Below, one piece after another: positions 8,607 through 16,458 of a DNA stretch of 64,000 bases. The stretch lies in sequence record MT161459.1. One strand, 5' to 3'. The notes beneath the pieces were generated by a model. That model did no database searches. It worked only from the letters and a program-made list of their open reading frames with translations, and was not told the DNA's origin. Every line of letters starts with the position of its first letter. The first letter of the stretch is position 1. Position numbers and translations under genes: made by a program.

Positions 8607-9656
8607 ATGAAAAAGTACAACAAAGCAGTAGTCAACGGTCGTTTTGAAATCCCGCACGTAGCCCATCTGGAGATGATCCGGATCGCGAAGAGTGTAGCTG
8701 ATAAGGTCTACATCGTTATTGGCTCGGCGAGTGCCTTCCCGAATATCATGAACCCGTTCCGTCCAGCTGAGCGTATTGCCATGTTGAAGGCAGCTATCAA
8801 GGACTACGGTATGGACTACCACGAATTCGAGTTTGTGCCAGTTGATGACAACAACTATCGCAACGCGCGTTGGGAGGCAGATATCCGCGACGCTGTCAAT
8901 GAGGTCGGTTCCGATAAGATCACAATGGTCGGATATCACAAGGACAAGAACAGCTGGTGGTTGGATACGTTCGGTTGGGAGTTAACCAGCGTACCCGAGC
9001 AAAAAGTCAACGGCTGGACTATCAGTTCTACTGACATCCGTCATGCATACTTTAGTGGTGCTGACGTTCGAGCTCTGCATCACGACAGTCTGACTCCATC
9101 CACGCTGGATTGGTTGGATAACTTCAAGATCAAGAACCCGATCGAGTACGCTCGTCTCCACGCAGAGCACGCGTACAATCAGAAAGAACTGAATAAGTTC
9201 AAGGCGTATCCTTATGCCACTTCTCTGAACTGCTGTACTGGCGATGCTGTAGTAGTGTGCAACGGTCATCTGCTGGTCACGATCCGCGGTAACATGCCTG
9301 GTTTGGGTGCATATGCTCTCCCTGGCGGTCACAAGGACTCTAACGAGACCTTCAAAGAGTGTGCCATTCGCGAGCTGAACGAAGAAGTTGGTCTCAAGGT
9401 TTGTGAACGTGTTATTCGTGGCAGCATCAAAGAGACCAAGATCTTTGACTACCCAACTCGCAGCTACCCAATTTGCAAGCCTACTCTGGGCGTGTTTATT
9501 GAGCTGATGCCAGATAACAACGGCAAGCTGCCGAAGATCAAGCCGAAGGATGAAGTGCGTGACGTCCTGTGGATGCCATTGCATATGGTTCGCCGCAATC
9601 GTCACAACTTCTTTGACGATCATTACGACATCATCAGCTACTTCTGCGGTTTGTAA
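8607..9656 (+). CDS. natV: Bifunctional NMN adenylyltransferase / ADP-ribose pyrophosphatase (NadM-Nudix, NatV-like)
   Basis: GRFEIPHVAH (HxGH variant), ISSTDIR, Nudix box GGHKDSNETFKECAIRELNEEVG, FFDDH. Confidence 0.9.
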   Translation: MKKYNKAVVNGRFEIPHVAHLEMIRIAKSVADKVYIVIGSASAFPNIMNPFRPAERIAMLKAAIKDYGMDYHEFEFVPVDDNNYRNARWEADIRDAVNEVGSDKITMVGYHKDKNSWWLDTFGWELTSVPEQKVNGWTISSTDIRHAYFSGADVRALHHDSLTPSTLDWLDNFKIKNPIEYARLHAEHAYNQKELNKFKAYPYATSLNCCTGDAVVVCNGHLLVTIRGNMPGLGAYALPGGHKDSNETFKECAIRELNEEVGLKVCERVIRGSIKETKIFDYPTRSYPICKPTLGVFIELMPDNNGKLPKIKPKDEVRDVLWMPLHMVRRNRHNFFDDHYDIISYFCGL

Positions 9657-9661
9657 ATACT

Positions 9662-9682
9662 AGCCACCTTCGGGTGGCTTTT
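9662..9682 (+). terminator. Rho-independent terminator
   Basis: AGCCACC-TTCG-GGTGGCT-TTT; same hairpin as at 2612. Confidence 0.85.
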
Positions 9683-9728
9683 CATTTGAGTACTGTATAA
9701 TGATCGCATCAACTAAGAGGGAATCACC

Positions 9729-10160
9729 ATGAGTAAAATATTCAGCCAAGAACGACTCCAGAAAGTCTCCAAGTATACTGCGATTGCTGGTATGATGTGG
9801 GTCGTAGGAACGATGGGCAGCTGTATGACTCAACCAACTCGAGTCCAAACGATTGGCGAGCTCCAATCATGCTACACTAGGATGAGTGGATCGAAACACT
9901 CCATCAGTGAGTACTTCTATTGCGACTTCAAATACGGCAACAATCAGTACCAGGAGATTGCATACCGACCTTCTGCTTATATGAAGATGAAAGGGACTGA
10001 TGGGACTAAGTATCACATCGAGGTACCAAATCCGGATTTGGACGCCCGATCTAAGTTCGGACTGTGGGGTTTGCTAATTCTTGGGATAGGCATCATTGGG
10101 ATGATCGCGACGTCCAAATCATCAGGGTCGGATTTTCCAAGAGGCCGCGGATATTTCTGA
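9729..10160 (+). CDS. Two-TM membrane protein with extracytoplasmic loop
   Basis: GAGG RBS; two hydrophobic segments. Confidence 0.75.
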   Translation: MSKIFSQERLQKVSKYTAIAGMMWVVGTMGSCMTQPTRVQTIGELQSCYTRMSGSKHSISEYFYCDFKYGNNQYQEIAYRPSAYMKMKGTDGTKYHIEVPNPDLDARSKFGLWGLLILGIGIIGMIATSKSSGSDFPRGRGYF

Positions 10161-10166
10161 TGGACC

Positions 10167-10173
10167 CTAAATA
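10167..10173 (+). promoter_or_regulatory. Late promoter
   Basis: CTAAATA, same motif as upstream of structural genes. Confidence 0.6.
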
Positions 10174-10200
10174 GGGGATAACTCTATAAGGAACAGTCAG

Positions 10201-11493
10201 ATGGAATACAATTTTAACGATTATGTTGCAGTGCACGCGGAGATGGATGTTTTGGCCGAAAACAAAGAGGCGATGGCTCTCATCAAGACGTTTGATGGTA
10301 CAGCCAAGAATTCCCGCGGTGCGTTTATCGCGAAAGCAGTTAGCGATCTGGGCATGAACGCAACCACCGCTGGCGCGTACTGGCAGCGTAACAAGAAGTA
10401 TGCAATCAGTCAGGGTGCTGCTGCAGTTATGACTCCGCCAGTCCACAAACCAGCTCGATCAACTAAGGCATCCAACGTCGATGTAGCGTCAGCGGTTACT
10501 GCTAGCGTTGCCGATTGGGGTCGAGTTGGTCAAAAGGCATTGCCGCAGAATGGCGTGACTATGGGCCCCCTAGTCATCGAAACTGGTACAACGACGACGA
10601 AGGCGACTGGTACGTTTTACGGTATCAAGAATGGGACTACGGGCAACTACACTGGGTGGATCATTTTCCCAACCGAAGGGTATGCCAGTAAGATCATAGA
10701 CAATACCCGCCCCGTCGCGCCCTCGATGCCAGTGGATAAAAATCTGAATGACGGTCTACGAGAAAGTATTATGAGAATTGGTAAGGCTGTCGGTATGACG
10801 TCCAGTAGCATGATGGGCGTCATCAAAGCTGCTCACGATGAGTACAAGCGTAATCAAGAAGCCGGTTTCAACGGATCTACAGATCTCGTTGCGCGAGATG
10901 CATGGTCCAAGTCCCTACTGCAAACATATCGCGACTGGGTAAGTAGCGGTCAGAAAGTTCTGAAAATGGAAGGACGTTATCTCGAGAGTCAAGGTGACGG
11001 TTATATGAGCATGGATGGCGGCGGTTATCAGGGTCGTCCATACAAGTTCGGCGCATACAACTCCGGCACATACCGCTTGCTGGGCGTTGTACTCTTCCCG
11101 AAAGAAGGATACGCGTACTACACAGACAAAGATGGTAAACGTTGTCAACCGGCCATCGTAACCAAGGAATTCGCCAAAGAGCTGATTACCAAGGTTCGAA
11201 ATCTGGGCGAGGTACTGGACATTTCACCGGATAGCATGATCTCATCTATCAACGCCACAGCTAATCGGATCGAAGCTGAATCTATAGCTGCGAAGGGAGC
11301 TATAGGTGATGTCAAGAAGTATTGCGCTATGGCAGATTCCATTATCAAGGATCTTCTTGAGCTCGAGAAACTTGCATCCGTGATCAATCCGCACGTCAAG
11401 AACGATGCACTATCTCGCGTCGTCAGCTATCAGTCATCGGAGATGCGCAAGAATCTCACCGCGACCAAGCAGTGGGCTAACGATCTCAAATAA
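10201..11493 (+). CDS. 430-aa protein with internal domain duplication; candidate virion internal protein
   Basis: AAGGA RBS; repeats GWIIFPTEGYA / GVVLFPKEGYA; late promoter upstream. Confidence 0.8.
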   Translation: MEYNFNDYVAVHAEMDVLAENKEAMALIKTFDGTAKNSRGAFIAKAVSDLGMNATTAGAYWQRNKKYAISQGAAAVMTPPVHKPARSTKASNVDVASAVTASVADWGRVGQKALPQNGVTMGPLVIETGTTTTKATGTFYGIKNGTTGNYTGWIIFPTEGYASKIIDNTRPVAPSMPVDKNLNDGLRESIMRIGKAVGMTSSSMMGVIKAAHDEYKRNQEAGFNGSTDLVARDAWSKSLLQTYRDWVSSGQKVLKMEGRYLESQGDGYMSMDGGGYQGRPYKFGAYNSGTYRLLGVVLFPKEGYAYYTDKDGKRCQPAIVTKEFAKELITKVRNLGEVLDISPDSMISSINATANRIEAESIAAKGAIGDVKKYCAMADSIIKDLLELEKLASVINPHVKNDALSRVVSYQSSEMRKNLTATKQWANDLK

Positions 11494-11495
11494 AC

Positions 11496-11519
11496 AAAAC
11501 CTCCTTCGGGAGGTTTTTT
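11496..11519 (+). terminator. Rho-independent terminator
   Basis: AAAACCTCC-TTCG-GGAGGTTTT-TT. Confidence 0.9.
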
Positions 11520-11520
11520 G

Positions 11521-11561
11521 TTGCCTTGCATTTCAGATCATGTAGAATGATCGCATCAACT
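11521..11561 (+). promoter_or_regulatory. Early promoter and shared leader
   Basis: TTGCCT-16bp-TAGAAT; GATCAT/ATGATC IR; AATGATCGCATCAACT identical to 9699-9714. Confidence 0.6.
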
Positions 11562-11575
11562 GAGGAGAAACAACC

Positions 11576-12013
11576 ATGTCCAAAGAATACAGTATCCAAA
11601 CTCTGACTCCAGGTAACATTGATACTCATAAGTGGTATCGCTTTCGAAGTGATATGGCACGCGATCAGTATGTCAGAATGGGGTTTAGCGTGAACCACGC
11701 ACTCGCTAACATCGTTTCGATAGGTAGTAGATTCCGAATCCTGTGTACCAATTCATTTGGAGTAACCGAGATCGTTACTGATCTTGGTCAGAAATTAGCG
11801 TCCGAATCCACTATTATCTGCCATCGCGAGTATTCCCAGTTTGTGACAGACATCGAGATTGAAGTCGAAGAGGATGAGTGCAAGCCGACTAACGCGGACT
11901 ACCTGAGAGCAACTGTGTTCTATCTGACCGATGGCAACGAGCCAGTTGCTCACATGACACTCGCGGACATCTGGACATATTATCAACGCGGTTACAAGGT
12001 AGAAGAGAAATGA
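11576..12013 (+). CDS. Hypothetical protein (paralog family)
   Basis: GAGGAG RBS; KWYRFRS motif. Confidence 0.8.
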   Translation: MSKEYSIQTLTPGNIDTHKWYRFRSDMARDQYVRMGFSVNHALANIVSIGSRFRILCTNSFGVTEIVTDLGQKLASESTIICHREYSQFVTDIEIEVEEDECKPTNADYLRATVFYLTDGNEPVAHMTLADIWTYYQRGYKVEEK

Positions 12014-12450
12014 GTAACGATCTGAAATGGCAAGTCGGAGTATCTTACTGTTGGGGCTCGACCGCACGTCGTTCCAACTTCGAGCAACATCATCCCGAGC
12101 ATTTTGGACTGCTGTCGAACCTCAAAATAGGTGATAGATTTGTGGTGACTCGGCTTATCGGAAATCGAACTGCTGAAATCCGGTTCAGCGATGAGACTAC
12201 GTGTTGTGTCCTGTTGACTCCCCAGCACAGGTTGTCATTTGCAACTTGCGCCGGAACCAACCGCGGGAACGTTGACGATAGCATCGAGGCAGTGAAATGG
12301 TTCATCGGTCAGAATCCTGGAGCTATGGAACTCAATCCCACTCTGAATGAGATGATCAAAGCGTACCGGATCGCAATCGATCGTGCTCACGATCTGCGAG
12401 AAACTATCGCCCGAGCTAAGTCTGAATTAGCTGAACTGGACATGTTGTAA
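12010..12450 (+). CDS. Hypothetical protein with C-terminal coiled coil (paralog family)
   Basis: ATGA overlap; VGVSYCWGS motif. Confidence 0.8.
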   Translation: MSNDLKWQVGVSYCWGSTARRSNFEQHHPEHFGLLSNLKIGDRFVVTRLIGNRTAEIRFSDETTCCVLLTPQHRLSFATCAGTNRGNVDDSIEAVKWFIGQNPGAMELNPTLNEMIKAYRIAIDRAHDLRETIARAKSELAELDML

Positions 12451-12482
12451 AACTAGCTTTAATGTGGGGATAATCTCCCCAC
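12445..12482 (+). promoter_or_regulatory. Early promoter with inverted repeat around -10
   Basis: TTGTAA-18bp-GATAAT; GTGGGGA/TCCCCAC. Confidence 0.55.
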
Positions 12483-12500
12483 TAACCAAGGAGAATAATC

Positions 12501-13454
12501 ATGGCTAAACCAGAAGTTGTTGTTGGGGATCAATTCAAGTTCCAGAGTCGCGCATCAGTTCTCGGGTACGCCGATTTCCTATGTGGCAAAGACACAGTCA
12601 ATAAGCGTGTAGTTGATCTGATGACCAAGTACGGATACTGCGACGATACCGTTATTCTAACGGTTGTGGAGACTAGTCCCGATGGCCTCTCTATCACAGC
12701 TCTGGAAGCTCAGCGTCCGAAAGGTCCAGTGATCCGTATCGACTCCAAGTCATTGAAATACAGCCATCCGAGAGTTGCATTGTTTGGTCGCATAGAGCGA
12801 GGTATGTATCTGACTAAACTGAATATCGACAAACGCAACATTCGCGAAGGTCAATACTATCAGTTCAAGAGCGCTGCAGCACTCAAGACGTACGGTCAGA
12901 CAGACCAACATCACGTTAACGCTAAAGTGAGCCGTATGATGGCTTGCAACGGTTTCGATCACACCTCATCCATCCAGATTCTCGGATTGAATAGGGACGA
13001 TGTCATCAGTTCGATTCGACTGAGAAGTGCCGATAACGCTGCATCCATGGTAATCAACGCAGATGCCCTGGAACTCAAGACAATCGGTAGTATTGCTATC
13101 TTCACTCCAGGTGAAGTAGATCAGTATCTGGAACCGATTGCTCCTATCACCAAGCCAATCCCGCCAGCTAGCAAGCCGGAAGGTGGATTGTATGATGTGG
13201 TAGTCGTGCCTGGGAAAGGAGAATGCCTATTCAATAAAGCGTTCCAAGCTATATACGCGCAGCCCAAAAGCCAGCTCATGACGAGTGTCGAGATGTGCCA
13301 AAAGCGTTTGGATGCTGCACGAGATGCAAAGAAAGCTGCTTTGGCTGAGATCAAACGTCAGAACGATATCCTGAACAAGGCCGATGCTGATATCATTCAG
13401 TACACCGATGCGCTGGTTGGGGCAACTTATATCATGGTTCAAGGGGACAAGTAA
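12501..13454 (+). CDS. Hypothetical protein, two tandem family domains plus coiled coil
   Basis: AAGGAG RBS; GDQFKFQS and GQYYQFKS repeats. Confidence 0.8.
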   Translation: MAKPEVVVGDQFKFQSRASVLGYADFLCGKDTVNKRVVDLMTKYGYCDDTVILTVVETSPDGLSITALEAQRPKGPVIRIDSKSLKYSHPRVALFGRIERGMYLTKLNIDKRNIREGQYYQFKSAAALKTYGQTDQHHVNAKVSRMMACNGFDHTSSIQILGLNRDDVISSIRLRSADNAASMVINADALELKTIGSIAIFTPGEVDQYLEPIAPITKPIPPASKPEGGLYDVVVVPGKGECLFNKAFQAIYAQPKSQLMTSVEMCQKRLDAARDAKKAALAEIKRQNDILNKADADIIQYTDALVGATYIMVQGDK

Positions 13455-13996
13455 TGGACATTTCTTTGCAGGAATGGAACGAGCATCTGAGCGCTATCCC
13501 AGCCGAAGACATTATCCGCAAATTGGAGACCGCAGAACCCTGTGGTCTTGGGGACGGATTCGCAAAGGCGACATGGAATAAGATTGCTCGCAATGCGATG
13601 ATCTTTGATATGCTGGATACTATGGTCAAGGCCATGGGCGAGCTTGGTCTGAAGCCAGCCAACAACGCCAACGGATATCGTGGGTTCTACGGTCAAGGTC
13701 AAGAGATTTCATTCCGCGATGCATGTGGGCTCATGGAACATCGATCGCTGTACGGTATCCGTGTATCCGTGAAGGACGAGATGATCCACATCGATTGGAC
13801 TCGCGGCAACACTCATCGCGGTGGGTGCATTTACGATCCGATGAAGATTGTGGTCACTAAGGATCAGTACGCGAAGGCACTAGCTCTCATGGTTCTGCCA
13901 AAACCTGGATGCTATTTCTGGTTGCAGTATAACAAGTTTCAGCGTACAGTCAGCTATGTACCGAATGGGTACGAAAACACATGGGTATATCTATGA
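13454..13996 (+). CDS. Hypothetical protein
   Basis: TAATG overlap with previous stop. Confidence 0.75.
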   Translation: MDISLQEWNEHLSAIPAEDIIRKLETAEPCGLGDGFAKATWNKIARNAMIFDMLDTMVKAMGELGLKPANNANGYRGFYGQGQEISFRDACGLMEHRSLYGIRVSVKDEMIHIDWTRGNTHRGGCIYDPMKIVVTKDQYAKALALMVLPKPGCYFWLQYNKFQRTVSYVPNGYENTWVYL

Positions 13997-14313
13997 TCGA
14001 TCCACTTGCACATCTGAACGTTACTATCGATGATCTCGAGCCTCGTGTATTCCCAGCTCTTCGGGAATACTTGGGTGATCTCGGTCACACATTCTTTTCA
14101 GCAATCTACGCCGAACACGGATCTCTGAACGTTGTGCTGGCAGAGGATCAATATCCTCACTCCGTGCACTTCAACGAAGGTATGACTGTGCGTAACTGGA
14201 TCCGGAGATTTCATCGCGAGAATAATCTGGATACCAAAGTGATCGAAACTGAACACTTCCTGGATGACAATTGGGAAGACATCGTTATCAAATCCCTCAA
14301 CCTAACCAAGTAA
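13993..14313 (+). CDS. Hypothetical protein
   Basis: ATGA overlap; MIDPLAH... Confidence 0.7.
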   Translation: MIDPLAHLNVTIDDLEPRVFPALREYLGDLGHTFFSAIYAEHGSLNVVLAEDQYPHSVHFNEGMTVRNWIRRFHRENNLDTKVIETEHFLDDNWEDIVIKSLNLTK

Positions 14314-14322
14314 GGAAATTGT

Positions 14323-14427
14323 ATGTTGGTACACACTTGCAATAAATGTAGCGCTCCATTGTTCCACGCTGATGTAACTGACGGCAAATGTCCTTTCTGT
14401 GGCGACACAGATATGGAGCCTCCCTAG
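14323..14427 (+). CDS. 34-aa zinc-ribbon mini-protein (not in ORF track)
   Basis: TAAGGA RBS; MLVHTCNKCSAPLFHADVTDGKCPFCGDTDMEPP with CxxC-x13-CxxC. Confidence 0.7.
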   Translation: MLVHTCNKCSAPLFHADVTDGKCPFCGDTDMEPP

Positions 14428-14450
14428 GTGGCCTTAACAGGAGAACACAA

Positions 14451-14978
14451 ATGATCATCGAATACGTAGATGGGAACCTGATAGCGTTCCTGCAGAACTG
14501 GAATAAGACCGGCAACAAACGGATCTATTCTGCGCACGGTTGTAACTGCTTCGCGGCAATGGGTTCTGGCTATGCTCCGCAGCTTGCACGAGCGTTCCCG
14601 CTAGTCAAGTTTGCTGACGATCAGTATCATGGGACATTCGAGGACGATCGTGCCCGCGCGCTCCATATGTTGGGTACTGTGTGCGGCGTAGAGATCTCTC
14701 GTAACCTGACTATCTTCAACGCGTACACGCAGTACCATCCAGGTCCCGATCTCCGGTTACCGCAATTGGCTAAGGCGTTCCAGGATATCAACGATCGGAT
14801 CGAATGCTGCGCGGAGATGGACGATCGAGAAAGCACTCTTCTCATTCCGAAGATCGGTGCAGGCGTTGCAGGCGGTAATTGGGAAGAGATCAGCAAGGTC
14901 ATCGACGATAACACACCCAATATCGGCGTGATTGTATTTGAGTACACCCCACAACCGAGGCAGGGTATCAGTGTCTAA
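14451..14978 (+). CDS. Macrodomain ADP-ribose-processing protein (T4 Tk.4-like)
   Basis: AGGAG RBS; GNL, AHGCNC...MGSG.A, NAYTQY, IPKIGAGVAGGNW motifs. Confidence 0.85.
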   Translation: MIIEYVDGNLIAFLQNWNKTGNKRIYSAHGCNCFAAMGSGYAPQLARAFPLVKFADDQYHGTFEDDRARALHMLGTVCGVEISRNLTIFNAYTQYHPGPDLRLPQLAKAFQDINDRIECCAEMDDRESTLLIPKIGAGVAGGNWEEISKVIDDNTPNIGVIVFEYTPQPRQGISV

Positions 14979-15114
14979 ACAACAGCAGTTCCAAGACGAA
15001 GCGGAGTCCATCTACGATGTAGAGGATCTGACCGAAGAGGAGATGGAGGCCATTCGCAGAGCGAGCACAGCAACATTCACTCCGGACGACAGCTTCGAAC
15101 AGAGGTTGTTCTAA
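14971..15114 (+). CDS. Small acidic protein
   Basis: GAGG RBS, GTG 14971; MSKQQQFQDEAESIYDVEDLTEEEMEA... Confidence 0.6.
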   Translation: MSKQQQFQDEAESIYDVEDLTEEEMEAIRRASTATFTPDDSFEQRLF

Positions 15115-15341
15115 TGGCGATGAAGACGTTCTTCTACTCTGCGGAAGTGTGCAAGGTATCAGACTCCACGCAGTTATTGAAACGGAGTTCGGGGACAATA
15201 TCATTGTCGAACGAAACTTTTGGGGAAGATCTCGGCGCAGCTGCAAAGGCGGCAATCGCATCCAAGATCAACAAAGATGAGTGGGCTCCGGCAATCCTAC
15301 CGAAGCAGATTCATCTCACTGCGTTCAATCCAGTGTACTAA
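15114..15341 (+). CDS. Hypothetical protein
   Basis: GAGG RBS; TAATG overlap. Confidence 0.7.
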   Translation: MAMKTFFYSAEVCKVSDSTQLLKRSSGTISLSNETFGEDLGAAAKAAIASKINKDEWAPAILPKQIHLTAFNPVY

Positions 15342-15346
15342 CAGAC

Positions 15347-15369
15347 AACCCACTTCGGTGGGTTTTCTT
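15347..15369 (+). terminator. Rho-independent terminator
   Basis: AACCCAC-TTCG-GTGGGTT-TTCTT. Confidence 0.85.
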
Positions 15370-15401
15370 GTAGCTTAAATAAAGTCAACAGAGGAGAGTA
15401 T

Positions 15402-15782
15402 ATGTTTAACTTGAAAATGATATTGTTTGGAGCGATTGGACTAGCGTTCGTTGCTCTGACGGCCAGTACATACTTCATGTACGACACAATCCAAGATCAG
15501 GAGTTATCGATTGCCAGCTTGTCTCAGAGAGCTGATGATAATGCCAAAGCTGTAGTTGCCATGAAGCAGTCCGTCGAAGATCTAGGCCGTCAACAGGAGA
15601 AAAGCAATAATGAGTTGTCAAAGGTTCAAGGTGAGTTTAGCAAGACGCAGAAGAGTCTGGAAGCATTCATTGGGCGCGACAACACCGTTGCCAAAAAACC
15701 TAAGCTCGTCGAGCGGAAGATCCAAGCAAGCTATGATAAATTCACAACTGACTTTGGTTGTGTGACGGGAGGCTGCAAGTGA
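15402..15782 (+). CDS. pseT.3: Inner-membrane spanin (Rz-like)
   Basis: N-terminal TM, coiled coil, AKKPKLVERKI.ASYDKF resembling T4 PseT.3; TTAAATA late-type motif at 15375. Confidence 0.85.
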   Translation: MFNLKMILFGAIGLAFVALTASTYFMYDTIQDQELSIASLSQRADDNAKAVVAMKQSVEDLGRQQEKSNNELSKVQGEFSKTQKSLEAFIGRDNTVAKKPKLVERKIQASYDKFTTDFGCVTGGCK

Positions 15783-16087
15783 GAATCAAATGGATCCCAG
15801 CTTTGCTTATGATGGGAGCACTCATCGGATGCGCGACGAAGATTGAGCAAGTGCCAGTGGAAGTCACAAAGAGTGTGTACCATCCAAACCGTCCATCTCC
15901 AGTCGAACCGTTTTCTCCCAAGTGGAAAGTGATGGTTGACGAGAACGGCAAGTCGTTTGTATCGATGAGCTATAGCGATTCAGTTCGATATCGCATCTGG
16001 TTAGAGGATGTCAAGCGATACATCCAGAGCCAGAACTCTATTATCTGCGGGTATAGAACCGATCTAAACGAATCGGAATGTAAGTGA
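15779..16087 (+). CDS. pseT.2: Outer-membrane spanin lipoprotein (Rz1-like)
   Basis: GGAGG RBS, GTG 15779; lipobox LIGC; Pro-rich; YI......ICGYRTDLNE..C. Confidence 0.85.
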   Translation: MRIKWIPALLMMGALIGCATKIEQVPVEVTKSVYHPNRPSPVEPFSPKWKVMVDENGKSFVSMSYSDSVRYRIWLEDVKRYIQSQNSIICGYRTDLNESECK

Positions 16088-16108
16088 ACCTCCTTCGGGA
16101 GGTTTTTT
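16087..16108 (+). terminator. Rho-independent terminator
   Basis: AACCTCC-TTCG-GGAGGTT-TTTT. Confidence 0.9.
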
Positions 16109-16163
16109 GTTATCAGCTCGTTGACTTTCTAAAACGCGTTATAAGCGTTTGGGATTCAATCCT

Positions 16164-16355
16164 GTACGATCTATCGGGTTAGTGGTAGGAATGGCGTATA
16201 GCGAGTTCTAGGCCGGTAAAATAGATAGTAATAATAGGTTGACATCCGAAGGATGTTCCTGGAGCGAAGCGACAGGGAGGGGGGACTTATAGAGTCTCTT
16301 AAAGGGTATAAGGAGATTCTATTTCTCCCCCTTCGGGGAGTTCACTACGTTCACT
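16164..16355 (+). repeat. Structured non-coding dispersed element, copy A
   Basis: 16279-16340 matches reverse complement of 54868-54931 except two 1-nt indels; 16164-16202 resembles reverse complement of 54992-55028; TGGAGCGAAGCGACA box at 16261. Confidence 0.9.
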
Positions 16356-16398
16356 ATCCAACCTGTTGACTATCTTCTCGATAGCCGCTAAGCTCATG

Positions 16399-16405
16399 CT
16401 AAATA
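16399..16405 (+). promoter_or_regulatory. Late promoter
   Basis: CTAAATA upstream of the SLT gene. Confidence 0.6.
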
Positions 16406-16458
16406 CGTAACCCACACTATCTTTTCACTAGGACGATACAAGAAATAGAGAGGCCATA

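Noticed and set aside
16148-16165. tRNA T-arm-like GGGATTCAATCC
   Set aside because: No acceptor, D or anticodon arms could be built around it. No tRNA gene was recognised in the window.
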